Shown here: piece after piece, positions 1 through 13,720 of the stretch
Numbering within the stretch: the first letter of the stretch is position 1
How the letters are laid out: every line of letters starts with the position of its first letter
Source of the DNA: Anthoceros angustus
Taxonomy: Eukaryota; Plantae; Anthocerotophyta
Direction of reading: 5' to 3'
DNA: 64,000 nucleotides
NCBI GenBank assembly: GCA_010909165.1
Contig: MU008169.1
Location: forward strand, 1,054,001 to 1,118,000
The notes under the pieces: model-generated
Told to the model about the DNA's origin: nothing
Database searches by the model: none
Seen by the model: only the letters and a program-made list of their open reading frames with translations
Made by a program: the position numbers and the translations under genes

Positions 1-1619
1 CCTCTGTCCCCTTTGGTATGCCATAGAATAGCCGTTAATTCTCATTATACCCTCTATATAACTTTGTCAATTCAGTCTCATTCCATGATAAAAATTCATC
101 CTTAGTGGACAAAATTTTTCTTCTTCTTCTAAAATAATTTATTTCTTTAAATAAATTTACAAACTGTATAAATATTTTAAATATATATAAATTTTTATAT
201 TTTAATAAATTTATATATTTAATAAATATTTGAAAATATACATGGAAGTCTGCATTGGGAATGAATAACTCCTAGGGCACCTAACAATTGGCGACCCGCC
301 GGAGCCCAAGGCAGGATGTTTAGAGCTGGCAGCCCCCGTAAGACCATGACGTTGGGGTATTGGTGGCATCCCATCCGAGCATTGCTCCGCACGCAGCTGA
401 GCCTTACTGAGGAGGACTTGAGAAGGACGATCGTGCTCGCCACGGTGAAGCAAGAGCTGCTCGAATGAAAACAACATGGTGTACTGCCGACCATCATTGC
501 ATTCGCATACCATGGCGCGAGGTAGGGTTCGGCAACCACCTGGTGTGGTCGGCAGCGTGTTAGGGTTTGCCATCCATGGCGGGCCATGGAAGAAAACTTT
601 ATGGCGGAAGGTAGGGTGGAAGGTGAAAACAATGTGTCACGGCTCTTTGTTTTGAAAGTTGCAAGGACAAAACATTTTCAACCGTACACCCTTTTCGAGG
701 AGGCGTGTGTGTCCCCTTTGGTGCTTGGTTGGTTAGGGCGCCAAAGCGGCCATGTGACCATGTCTTTGTAAAAAGATACCGTCTTTGGAATCTCTGGCAT
801 ATTCCTCAAGATCCCCACGGCTTGCATGGGTTTCATGAAAAAAAATGTCCCATCCTCATCCCCTTTGGTATGCCATAGAATAGCCGTTAATTCTCATTAT
901 ACCCTCTATATAACTTTGTCAATTCGGTCTCATTCCATGATAAAATTCATCCTTAGTGGACAAAATTTTCTTCTTCTTCTAAAATAATTTATTTCTTTAA
1001 TAAATTTACAAACTGTATAAATATTTTAAATATATATAAATTTTTATATTTTAATAAATTTATATATTTAATAAATATTTGAAAATATACATGGAAGTCT
1101 GCATTGGGAATGAATAACTCCTAGGGCACCTAACAATTGGCGACCCGCCGGAGCCCAAGGCAGGATGTTTAGAGCTGGCAGCCCCCGTAAGACCATGACG
1201 TTGGGGTATTGGTGGCATCCCATCCGAGCATTGCTCCGTCCGCACGCAGCTGAGCCTTACTGAGGAGGAGTTGCTGTCGTGATACAGGATGAAACGGCTC
1301 TTCCGTGTCGGGTGCTGCTGTAGATGCCTTTGCTGCAGAGCTGAACAGAGATGTTATTGGCGGAAGAGTTGGAGCGGAGGTTGCGGAAGCCGGTTACGGG
1401 CCTGGTCGTGTGGGAATGGGAATCCGCAAGCTGTACGTCAGGCCACGCCCATCGGTTCTGGTGCGCCTGGTTAGGGTGACAGAGGTGAGACCACAAGGCA
1501 CAGGAGGGTGGTTGGGGTGTCATGGTGTCGCAAATCGCGGGGGTCCGTCACAGTTGGCCACGTCCTCATTGAGGTTTTTGTTTAGGCTAACCAGGTTTTG
1601 TGCTGTGATTGCACAGGTC

Positions 1620-2360
1620 CCTCCCCATGGCGGAGGCGGGGAGGAGGAGGCGGGAGGCGGAAGGGTGGAGGGCACCTTCCCTCCCCATGGCGGCGGAGGA
1701 GGCGAAGGAAGGGTGGAGGCGGCGGAGGCGGCGGAGGCGGGAGGGCACCTTGCCCTCCCCCATGGCGGCGGAGGAGGAGGCGGGAGGCGGAGGCTCGGGA
1801 GGCGGGGAGGGCACGGTGGCCTCCCGTGGCGGCAACGCCCTTGAGGCCGTAGGCAGCGGGGAAAACATATTCCCTCCCCATGGCGGAGGCTCGGGAGGCG
1901 GCGAGCAGGAGGAGGAGGAGGAGGGCACCTTGCCCTCCCCATGGCGCGAGGTAGGGTTCGGCAACCACCTGGTGTGGTCGGCAGCGTGTTAGGGTTTGCC
2001 ATCCATGGCGGGCCATGGAAGAAAACTTTATGGCGGAAGGTAGGGTGGAAGGCGGCCGCGCAGGAGGAGGAGGGGAGGGCACCTTCCCTCCCATGGCGGC
2101 GGAGGCGGAGGCGGAGGAGGAGGAGGAGGCGGAGGCGGAGGCGGCGGAGGCGGGAGGGCACCTTCCCTCCCATGGCGGCGGAGGAGGAGGCGGAGGCGGG
2201 AGGAGGAGGAGGAGGGAGGGCACCTTGCCCTCCCATGGCGGCGGAGGCGGAGGCGGAGGCGGAGGCGGGGAGGGCACCTTCCCTCCCCGCCGACGGCATC
2301 GCCAGGGGGGCGCAGCAGGAGGAGGAGGAGGGAGGGCACCTTGCCCTCCCATGGCGCGCA
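1620..2360 (+). repeat. Array of about 10 palindromic GGGAGGGCACCTT(G)CCCTCCC units separated by variable GGC/GGA microsatellite
   Basis: Core units at ~1667, 1739, 1805, 1920, 2073, 2152, 2214, 2268, 2330, plus a degenerate one at ~1860. GGGAGGGCA-CCT-TGCCCTCCC is a 9-bp stem with a 3-nt loop, usually followed by CATGGCGG. Confidence 0.85.
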
Positions 2361-5300
2361 TCGCCCGGTGGAAGGTGAAAACAATGTGTCACGGCTCTTT
2401 GTTTTGAAAGTTGCAAGGACAAAACATTTTCAACCGTACACCCTTTTCGAGGAGGCGTGTGTGTCCCTTTGGTGCTTGGCATTTGGTTAGGGCGCCAAAG
2501 CGGCCATGTGACCATGTCTTTGTAAAAAGATACCGTCTTTGGAATCTCTGACATATTCCTCAAGATCCCCACGGCTTGCATGGGTTTCGCGAAAAAAAAT
2601 GTCCCATCCCTCTGTCCCTTTGGTATGCCATAGAATAATTCTCATTATACCCTCTATATAACTTTGTCAATTCGGTCTCATTCCATGATAAAATTCATCC
2701 TTAGTGGACAAAATTTTCTTCTTCTTCTAAAATAATTTATTTCTTTAATAAATTTACAAACTGTATAAATATTTTAAATATATATAAATTTTTATATTTT
2801 AATAAATTTATATATTTAATAAATATTTGAAAATATACATGGAAGTCTGCATTGGGAATGAATAACTCCTAGGGCACCTAACAATTGGCGACCCGCCGGA
2901 GCCCAAGGCAGGATGTTTAGAGCTGGCAGCCCCCGTAAGACCATGACGTTGGGGTATTGGTGGCATCCCATCCGAGCATTGCTCCGTCCGCACGCAGCTG
3001 AGCCTTACTGAGGAGGAGTTGCTGTCGTGATACAGGATGAAACGGCTCTTCCGTGTCGGGTGCTGCTGTAGATGCCTTTGCTGCAGAGCTGAACAGAGAT
3101 GTTATTGGCGGAAGAGTTGGAGCGGAGGTTGCGGAAGCCGGTTACGGGCCTGGTCGTGTGGGAATGGGAATCCGCAAGCTGTACGTCAGGCCACGCCCAT
3201 CGGTTCTGGTGCGCCTGGTTAGGGTGACAGAGGTGAGACCACAAGGCACAGGGAGGGTGGTTGGGGTGTCATGGTGTCGCAAATCGCGGGGGTCCGTCAC
3301 AGTTGGCCACGTCCTCATTGAGGTTTTTGTTTAGGCTAACCAGGTTTTGTGCTGTGATTGCACAGGTCCCTCCCGCAGGAAAGCCTATGGAACGCAATCC
3401 TGCTGTTGGGACGCAGCCAACGGCAGTGCCCTGGAATCAGCTAACACTTCAACAACAGCGGCAGGTATTGTTAAAACGGAGGCAACTGCAAATGCAACTG
3501 CAGCAGCATCGGCCCCATAGTGTTAATAGCAGATGGGGGCAGCAGTAGGGCGAACACTGGAGCTCTAGGTATTGAGAAGAAACCATCTGGCATGAACTGT
3601 GGCATCTCGACGCCGAGCGGAAGCAGATTAGGCGGAGGCTCGGGAGGCGGGCTGCGGAGGAGGAGGCGGAGGCGGAGGCGGAGGCTCGGGAGGCGGAGGC
3701 GGAGGCGATCCGCGGCACACCGGAGGAGGAGGAGGAGGAGGAGGCGGAGGCGGCGGAGCGGAGGTTGCGGAAGCCGGTTACGGGCCTGGTCGTGTGGGAA
3801 TGGGAATCCGCAAGCTGTACGTCAGGCCACGCCCATCGGTTCTGGTGCGCCTGGTTAGGGTGACAGAGGTGAGACCACAAGGCACAGGGAGGTGGTTGGG
3901 GTGTCATGGTGTCGCAAATCGCGGGGGTCCGTCACAGTTGGCCACGTCCTCATTGAGGTTTTTGTTTAGGCTAACCAGGTTTTGTGCTGTGATTGCACAG
4001 GTCCCTCCCCAGGAAAGCCTATGGAACGCAATCCTGCTGTTGGGACGCAGCCAACGGCAGTGCCCTGGAATCAGCTAACACTTCAACAACAGCGGCAGGT
4101 ATTGTTAAAACGGAGGCAACTGCAAATGCAACTGCAGCAGCATCGGCCCCATAGTGTTAATAGCAGATGGGGGCAGCAGTAGGGCGAACACTGGAGCTCT
4201 AGGTATTGAGAAGAAACCATCTGGCATGAACTGTGGCATCTCGTTTTCCCAGTTGGTGGCCTTAACTCTGCCTCATGTGCCTCAGGAGCAAGGCCAGCAG
4301 GTGGAAGCCCTGTTTCAGAGATTTAAAGTGAGCAGCTGGGGACTTCCTCTGCAGCATCTGGGTTCTGTGCTTGAATTCCTGAGTTGATCGGGGACGAGTA
4401 TGTGCACACACATTTTGGTCTGTGTGATTGGGACGCTTATGGCTTTCATTTGCTTACGATGTGCTTACGTCTCGGTGTTGTGTTGCTGTGTGCAGATAAA
4501 CGACATCACGCGGGAAGAATTTGTTGGAGGATGCCGAGTCATTGCGGGGATAACTTGTTCACGCAGGCAATCCAGCAGATGCACCTCAATGCCCGTCTTG
4601 CTGCTACCAATGTAATCAATAGTCAAATACCTGCTTGTGCAACTGCGTGCAGTACATTCTTTCCCCGTTGTGAGTGCTGATGGTTGTGTTGCCACAGGTG
4701 AAGGCAGAGCCGCAAACTCCACAATCTCAGCTATCTCCAGGACCTCTTTGTTTGCAGCAGCAGACGATCCAGAACAGACAAGCTGAGCTGCCGGGAGTCA
4801 GCTGCAACACCTGGGGTCACAAATTTTGGAAACTGTGAAAATGAGGTTGGTAAACAGTTCAAGCAGCAGTCGGGAACAGGACTTTTGTTGCTACACGTCT
4901 TCCTCTGACAGCTCCAGTGGTTAGCGGTAGTACCCAACAGCCTCCTTCCCTGGGGCAGAAGGCATCACCTCTGCAACCGCCTGGTAGCCAGTTTCTGCTA
5001 TCGCAGGGTTCAGCAGCTGCAGCGGACAAGCCATTGAGCAAATATCGGAGGTCGAAACTTTGGAAAGAACAGGAAAGGAGAGCGAGTGCGCCGACCAACT
5101 CCGCGAGGGCGAGCACAAGGGGAGGAAGCGCGATTACGAGGAATCGGACACGTGTCCGGCGGAGGCGGAGGCGGAGGCGGAGGCGGAGGCGGAGGAGGAG
5201 GAGGAGGAGGAGGAGGCGATGGCCGCCGCCGACGAGGCCGGGGGGTGGACAGATGGCGGATGCGCGATGCGCCGCGCCCGAGCCGCAGTCGAGCTCGCAT

Positions 5301-6801
5301 GGCGGTGGCGATGCAATGTCGCCATGCCCGAGCCGAGGTCGGCCATGGTGGCGGAGGCGATGATCGCCGCCGAGACCGAGGCCGACGGATGGCGCGATGG
5401 CGGGAATGAGGCGGGGATGCGGATGGGGCGACGCCATCCGCCCGCGGACAATGAGGCAACACTGGGCCGGTCGGCGGCGATCGCTGCAGGGAGTGGGATC
5501 GAGCGTGGCCGCTTGAGGAAGCCGATTCTGGAGGAATAACCGCCCATCGGTTCTGGTGCGCCTGGTTAGGGTGACAGAGGTGAGACCACAAGGCACAGGG
5601 AGGGTGGTTGGGGTGTCATGGTGTCGCAAATCGCGGGGGTCCGTCACAGTTGGCCACGTCCTCATTGAGGTTTTTGTTTAGGCTAACCAGGTTTTGTGCT
5701 GTGATTGCACAGGTCCCTCCCGCAGGAAAGCCTATGGAACGCAATCCTGCTGTTGGGACGCAGCCAACGGCAGTGCCCTGGAATCAGCTAACACTTCAAC
5801 AACAGCGGCAGGTATTGTTAAAACGGAGGCAACTGCAAATGCAACTGCAGCAGCATCGGCCCCATAGTGTTAATAGCAGATGGGGGCAGCAGTAGGGCGA
5901 ACACTGGAGCTCTAGGTATTGAGAAGAAACCATCTGGCATGAACTGTGGCATCTCGTTTTCCCAGTTGGTGGCCTTAACTCTGCCTCATGTGCCTCAGGA
6001 GCAAGGCCAGCAGGTGGAAGCCCTGTTTCAGAGATTTAAAGTGAGCAGCTGGGGACTTCCTCTGCAGCATCTGGGTTCTGTGCTTGAATTCCTGAGTTGA
6101 TCGGGGACGAGTATGTGCACACACATTTTGGTCTGTGTGATTGGGACGCTTATGGCTTTCATTTGCTTACGATGTGCTTACGTCTCGGTGTTGTGTTGCT
6201 GTGTGCAGATAAACGACATCACGCGGGAAGAATTTGTTGGAGGATGCCGAGTCATTGCGGGGATAACTTGTTCACGCAGGCAATCCAGCAGATGCACCTC
6301 AATGCCCGTCTTGCTGCTACCAATGTAATCAATAGTCAAATACCTGCTTGTGCAACTGCGTGCAGTACATTCTTTCCCCGTTGTGAGTGCTGATGGTTGT
6401 GTTGCCACAGGTGAAGGCAGAGCCGCAAACTCCACAATCTCAGCTATCTCCAGGACCTCTTTGTTTGCAGCAGCAGACGATCCAGAACAGACAAGCTGAG
6501 CTGCCGGGAGCGAGTCAGCTGCAACACCTGGGGTCACAAATTTTGGAAACTGTGAAAAATGAGGTTGGTAAACAGTTCAAGCAGCAGTCGGGAACAGGAC
6601 TTTTTGTTGCTACACGTCTTCCTCTGACAGCTCCAGTGGTTAGCGGTAGTACCCAACAGCCTCCTTCCCTGGGGCAGAAGGCATCACCTCTGCAACCGCC
6701 TAGTAGCCAGTTTCTGCTATCGCAGGGTTCAGCAGCTGCAGCGGACAAGCCATTGAGCAAATATCGGAGGTCGAAACTTTGGAAAGAACAGGAAAGGAGA
6801 G

Positions 6802-7845
6802 CGAGTGCGCCGACCAACTCCGCGAGGGCGAGCACAAGGGGAGGAAGCGCGATTACGAGGAATCGGACACGTGTCCGGCGGAAGCGCAGCGCCAAGGTGC
6901 CTCCGACGCCGAATGCCCGAACGCGCTCGCCGGAGGCGCGACGCGCCGAGCGAGAGAGCGATGAGGCAGCGGAATGCTCGACGCCGTGGAGGCCATGGAG
7001 GGCACAATTAAGGTTCTCCCAGATGATCAAGCGCATGGATGGAGGGAAGTAGGCGGCGCCATCCCTTGTGCTCGAGTTGCATCGGCGTTTTGGTTTTGCA
7101 TAGGGGCCGAGGCATGCGCCGAGGAAGGCCGCAGAGGGAGATAGGGTTTGATGCTACTGCAATTTTGCGATGTGTGCAGGGGACATCCTTTTTTGATGAA
7201 TGGAATGGCACCCTTATAATGTGAACGGCTCGTTGGAGGGACCGTAAACTTTGTTGGTGAGGTATCGACCGTGAATCGCTCGAACATGTCCTCGAATCGC
7301 CTTCCTCGCCGTTTGATCGCCATCATCTCTGCATTTGACGAAAAGCGCAATGGAGAAGGATGTCTGCTACTCCCGTAAAGCGGTGGGATCGGAGGAGTGG
7401 TAGAACAAATTTAAGCAGTGGATTCCCCAAATCCCACCACGGACAGAGTCTGCCACATGCACCCGATTTCTTGAGGCAACTGAAGGCGGCTTCTATGTTC
7501 CAGCAACATTTCAAACCCTCCACACGCCAGCGGCTGTGTCCGCGTCTTCTTAGCCAGGGACAATGGAATCGTGATTTTGTGAGGGAGCCTATCATGCTGG
7601 AAACATTGAGAAGGACGATCGTGCTCGCCACGGTAAGAAGCAAGAGCTCGCCGAATGAAAACAACATGGCCGCAGCCCATCATTGCATTCGCATACCATG
7701 GCGCGGCCGAGGTAGGGTTCGGCAACCACCGGTGTGGTCGGTAGCAGCGTGTTAGGGTTTGCCATCCATGGCGGGCCATGGAAGAAAACTTTATGGCGGA
7801 AGGTAGGGTGGAAGGTGAAAACAATGTGTCCACGGCTCTTTGTTT
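6802..7845 (+). other. Unidentified degenerate coding-like block (probably TE-derived), continuing as 640-1270
   Basis: Pieces recur at 421-860, 1940-2050, 2367-2620 and 9057-9190. Only short broken ORFs, and no intact donor in the window. Confidence 0.35.
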
Positions 7846-10800
7846 GCAGCAGCAGACGATCCAGAACAGACAAGCTGAGCTGCCGGGAGCGAGTCAGCTG
7901 CAACACCTGGGGTCACAAATTTTGGAAACTGTGAAAAATGAGGTTGGTAAACAGTTCAAGCAGCAGTCGGGAACAGGACTTTTTGTTGCTACACGTCTTC
8001 CTCTGACAGCTCCAGTGGTTAGCGGTAGTACCCAACAGCCTCCTTCCCTGGGGCAGAAGGCATCACCTCTGCAACCGCCTAGTAGCCAGTTTCTGCTATC
8101 GCAGGGTTCAGCAGCTGCAGCGGACAAGCCATTGAGCAAATATCGGAGGTCGAAACTTTGGAAAGAACAGGAAAGGAGAGCAGAAGAGGAGCAACTGCTG
8201 GGCAGCACAACTACCCAGACAATGGGAGTTACAGCAGTAGGAACAACTCAGCCAGTGCAGCAATCTCAAAATCAGTGACAGCAGATAGTTGCTGTCTCAA
8301 ATCACCAATCCCAAAAGAAGACACCTCCGCCGTCGACCAGCATCGAAACTTGTTTGCAAGCCAAAGTGGACCCCAGAATCCATCTAGACCACAGGTCTTA
8401 GACTCTCCTGCCTTGCAAAGAGTGGAGTCTTTGAGAGGCAACGAGCAAGAGCCTTTGTTATCCTCCCCGGTTATACTGCCCGTCTGACTGGCAGCTCTGC
8501 TGCTTCGACACCCATATCGTGTGCTTACTCACAAGAAACAACGTCATATGCAGAACGTGTCTTGCAACACTGTGGATTTCCCCCAAGCCAGGTCTGATGT
8601 TCTGTCTCTTAGCTCATGGTCCACGAATTGGATAGGCTGTAGTCAAATGTTTTCTCTCTTGGGGCCGGTAGATTTTTTGTTACTCACTGGTGCCGGTGTG
8701 GGATGTACAGGGAGTGCAACAGACTCCTGGTGTCCTTACAATTCGATCGGGTGGTTCTGGTCTGTCCATGCAAAAGAAATCAAATACCCCCATTCCAAGT
8801 GGCTTGACACCTACAAGTGCACAAGTACAAGGACAGGGACCTGTACAAAATTCAAGCATGTCTGAATTGTCAACCCTGGCTCAGTAGCAGGGAAGACTTC
8901 GATGACGAAGCCAGTGCTTGGTCCGAAGAAAGCTGCCGAAACTCCGCCACTATCTCAGCCCCCAAGGTTGGTGGTGTCCTATTATGTCAAATAGCTTGTT
9001 GTTCTTTGGATATTTATGTACGTGTACTGCGGATGAACCTGAAAGGTTTGGCATTTGTTGGTTAGGGCGCCAAAGCGGCCATGTGACCATGTGTCAGAAA
9101 AGATACCGCATCTGGAATCTACGGCATATTCCTCAAGATCCCCACGGCTTGCATGGGTTTCATGAAAAAAAATGTCCCATCCCTCTGTCCCCTTTGGTAT
9201 GCCATAGAATAGCCGTTAATTCTCATTATACCCTCTATATAACTTTGTCAATTCGGTCTCATTCCATGATAAAATTCATCCTTAGTGGACAAAATACTCG
9301 ACTCACCTCCAACAGCCCTGTCCGAGAGCTAACAGTGACAATTCGTGCGCCGGCCTCTGATGCTCTCAGCAGAGGCAGGATGCTTCTGGTTACAAACTGT
9401 ATAAATATTTTAAATATATATAAATTTTTATATTTTAAATAAATTTATATATTTAATAAATATTTGAAAATATACATGGAAGTCTGCATTGGGAATGAAT
9501 AACTCCTAGGGCACCTAACAATTGGCGACCCCGCCGGAGCCCAAGGCAGGATGTTTAGAGCTGGCAGCCCCCCGTAAGACCATGACGTTGGGGTATTGGT
9601 GGCATCCCATCCGAGCATTGCTCCGTCCGCACGCAGCTGAGCCTTACTGAGGAGGAGTTGCTGTCGTGATACAGGATGAAACGGCTCTTCCCGTGTCGGG
9701 TGCTGCTGTAGATGCCTTTGCTGCAGAGCTGAACAGAGATGTTATTGGCGGAAGAGTTGGAGCGGAGGTTGCGGAAGCCGGTTACGGGCCTGGTCGTGTG
9801 GGGAATGGGAATCCGCAAGCTGTACGTCAGGCCACGCCCATCGGTTCTGGTGCGCCTGGTTAGGGTGACAGAGGTGAGACCACAAGGCACAGGGAGGGTG
9901 GTTGGGGTGTCATGGTGTCGCAAATCGCGGGGGGGTCCGTCACAGTTGGCCACGTCCTCATTGAGGTTTTTTGTTTAGGCTAACCAGGTTTTGTGCTGTG
10001 ATTGCACAGGTCCCTCCCCGCAGGGAAAGCCTATGGAACGCAATCCTGCTGTTGGGACGCAGCCAACGGCAGTGCCCTGGAATCAGCTAACACTTCAACA
10101 ACAGCGGCAGGTATTGTTAAAACGGAGGCAACTGCAAATGCAACTGCAGCAGCATCGGCCCCATAGTGTTAATAGCAGATGGGGGGCAGCAGTAGGGGCG
10201 AACACTGGAGCTCTAGGTATTGAGAAGAAACCATCTGGCATGAACTGTGGCATCTCGTTTTCCCAGTTGGTGGCCTTAACTCTGCCTCATGTGCCTCAGG
10301 AGCAAGGCCAGCAGGTGGAAGCCCTGTTTCAGAGATGCGTAGTATCCCTCCACCAATTCGTCCAACACCTCCTCCGAAAGTTTGTCCACATTTTCCAGAG
10401 TCTGCCTTACAGAATCCTTGCCAAGAATCTGTAAAAAGGAGAGCGGTACAGGGTTAGCTTTGCAGTTTAAGCAAGAAAGAGTCCATGACAATCGACCTAG
10501 GCAAATGTAGAGGACAAAATACTCGACTCACCTCCAACAGCCCTGTCCGAGAGCTAACAGTGACAATTCGTGCGCCGGCCTCTGATGCTCTCAGCAGAGG
10601 CAGGATGCTTCTGGTTACAAACTTGACTCCGTAGAAGTTTGTGTTGAGGGTCGTTACCGCACCTTCAGGGTAGTAGAAGACGCCAGCATTGTTAACCTGA
10701 CAGAAGACGGAACCTTGAGAACGCCACTTGCAAACAGCACAAACTCATCCAACACGGCAATTTAGCATGATATGACGGCATCAACTAACCAGTATGTCGA

Positions 10801-13720
10801 CAGCACCGTACTTTCCTTCAACCAATCCGCAAGCTTCTGTGCCGACTCATCGCTTGCAACATCCAGCTGATGATACACAACCGGAAGGCCCTCGTCCACA
10901 AGCTTCTTCACAGCATCTCGCCCTCTCGTCTCGTCCCGTGAGGTCAACACTGTGGTTATCCCGTTCTGTGCTTGAATTCCTGAGTTGATCAGGGACGAGT
11001 ATGTGCACACACATTTTGGTCTGTGTGATTGGGACGCTTATGGCTTTCATTTGCTTACGATGTGCTTACGTCTCGGTGTTGTGTTGCTGTGTGCAGATAA
11101 ACGACATCACGCGGGAAGAATTTGTTGGAGGATGCCGAGTCATTGCGGGGATAACTTGTTCACGCAGGCAATCCAGCAGATGCACCTCAATGCCCGTCTT
11201 GCTGCTACCAATGTAATCAATAGTCAAATACCTGCTTGTGCAACTGCGTGCAGTACATTCTTTCCCCGTTGTGAGTGCTGATGGTTGTGTTGCCACAGGT
11301 GAAGGCAGAGCCGCAAACTCCACAATCTCAGCTATCTCCAGGACCTCTTTGTTTGCAGCAGCAGACGATCCAGAACAGACAAGCTGAGCTGCCGGGAGCG
11401 AGTCAGCTGCAACACCTGGGGTCACAAATTTTGGAAACTGTGAAAATGAGGTTGGTAAACAGTTCAAGCAGCAGTTTTCCAGACCGTTCCGGGAGGTGCC
11501 CCGTTGTTCCTCCAGGCCGGCTCGGTCATATCCGTGATAGTCCAGCCAGGGCAATAGGGGGTCACATACACTTTTTGCCCTGTAGGCCTGTCACCCAGCT
11601 GCTTAGCCAAGAGCCGAGAATACGCGTTCACAAGAGCCTTGGAAAAGTGGTAGTGAGTTTTGGCCCATGTGCCTTTCTCCGGCTCCTTCAGAGATGCGTA
11701 GTATCCCTCCACCAATTCGTCCAACACCTCCTCCGAAAGTTTGTCCACATTTTCCAGAGTCTGCCTTACAGAATCCTTGCCAAGAATCTGTAAAAAGGAG
11801 AGCGGTACAGGGTTAGCTTTGCAGTTTAAGCAAGAAAGAGTCCATGACAATCGACCTAGGCAAATGTAGAGGACAAAATACTCGACTCACCTCCAACAGC
11901 CTCCTTCCCTGGGGCAGAAGGCATCACCTCTGCAACCGCCTAGTAGCCAGTTTCTGCTATCGCAGGGTTCAGCAGCTGCAGCGGACAAGCCATTGAGCAA
12001 ATATCGGAGGTCGAAACTTTGGAAAGAACAGGAAAGGAGAGCAGAAGAGGAGCAACTGCTGGGCAGCACAACTACCCAGACAATGGGAGTTACAGCAGTA
12101 GGAACAACTCAGCCAGTGCAGCAATCTCAAAATCAGTGACAGCAGATAGTTGCTGTCTCAAATCACCAATCCCAAAAGAAGACACCTCCGCCGTCGACCA
12201 GCATCGAAACTTGTTTGCAAGCCAAAGTGGACCCCAGAATCCATCTAGACCACAGGTCTTAGACTCTCCTGCCTTGCAAAGAGTGGAGTCTTTGAGAGGC
12301 AACGAGCAAGAGCCTTTGTTATCCTCCCCGGTTATACTGCCCGTCTGACTGGCAGCTGATCCATCCCGGGAGGTTGGCGCCCACGACGACGAAGCTGGAG
12401 ACGACGTTGGAGTGGCCGGTGTTGAGCTTCAGCCCGGAGGACTGATTGTAGCACACCATGCCGTCCACCTGGACCCCGGACGAGGCCCAGTCCAGGTACA
12501 TGCACTGGACGCCCTGACGGCGTAGTTGCAGGAGAGGTAGTTCCCGGGTTGATCCAGTGCGAGGCGAAGTAGATGGCGGCCGCATCGGACGCCGTCGGCA
12601 GCCCGGGCGACGGTGATGTAGTTGTTGCTGATGGTGCTCAGCATGCAGTCGCCCACGTTGTGCTGCCCGGTCCTGCACTGCACCCCGCGAACGCCTGGTT
12701 CCGGAAGACGTTGTTGGAGACGGAGACGCCCACCGACATGCGGCGGAGGAACGCGCCCACCTGGGCTCCCGTGACGACGCTGTTGGTGAGGGAGACCGCG
12801 GCCGGGACGCGGCCCGGCCCGTCGCCCACGAACCCGAAGTCCACGGCGGCGACGTCGGACGGGAGGGTGGCGACGGCCAGGAGTCGAGGCCGATCTGGGT
12901 CGATTCCTGCACGTCGATGCGGCCCAGGATGTGGGTGGATTTCCCCAAGCCAGGTCTGATGTTCTGTCTCTTAGCTCATGGTCCACGAATTGGATAGGCT
13001 GTAGTCAAATGTTTTCTCTCTTGGGGCCGGTAGATTTTTTGTTACTCACTGGTGCCGGTGTGGGATGTACAGGGAGTGCAACAGACTCCTGGTGTCCTTA
13101 CAATTCGATCAGGTGGTTCTGGTCTGTCCATGCAAAAGAAATCAAATACCCCCATTCCAAGTGGCTTGACACCTACAAGTGCACAAGTACAAGGACAGGG
13201 ACCTGTACAAAATTCAAGCATGTCTGAATTGTCAACCCTGGCTCAGTAGCAGGGAAGACTTCGATGACGAAGCCAGTGCTTGGTCCGAAGAAAGCTGCCG
13301 AAACTCCGCCACTATCTCAGCCCCCAAGGTTGGTGGTGTCCTATTATGTCAAATAGCTTGTTGTTCTTTGGATATTTATGTACGTGTACTGCGGATGAAC
13401 CTGAAAGGTTTGGCATTTGGCTGGCAGTCTATGACTGTAGGTAGCCCTTTCTTGTGTTGGGCTGCAGTAAGAAGCAGAAAGTCGCGGGTGGTGATGCCGT
13501 TCAGAGCATTGATCAGTTCTACGATATCACGGTCGTGAGTGGCGTAAACCTCGGGGTTAGATGTTATTTAGATTGAGAAGAAGAAGAAGAATTTTATTTA
13601 AGTCCACTATTTTGTTGCGGGAAAGCCTAGGTGGTGTCCACAGGGAGCGTGTCTTCACAGGGTTCGCATACACAAAAACTAGTCTTGCATTTCATGGATG
13701 GACAAGAAGGTCCGAATGCA

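Larger units (their letters stand above)
1258..13570 (+). pseudogene. Fragmented TAF4B paralog (intron 1 to about the DQLND exon), present as repeated pieces
   Basis: Near-identical to 35340-37945, including introns, but with consistent substitutions, a shortened polyQ, no exon 1, no C-terminal TAF4 domain and homopolymer frameshifts. Confidence 0.8.

Noticed and set aside
1520-2581. Multiple long Pro/Arg/Gly-rich ORFs on both strands (also 4859-5665)
   Set aside because: They are by-products of stop-free GGC/GGA repeats.
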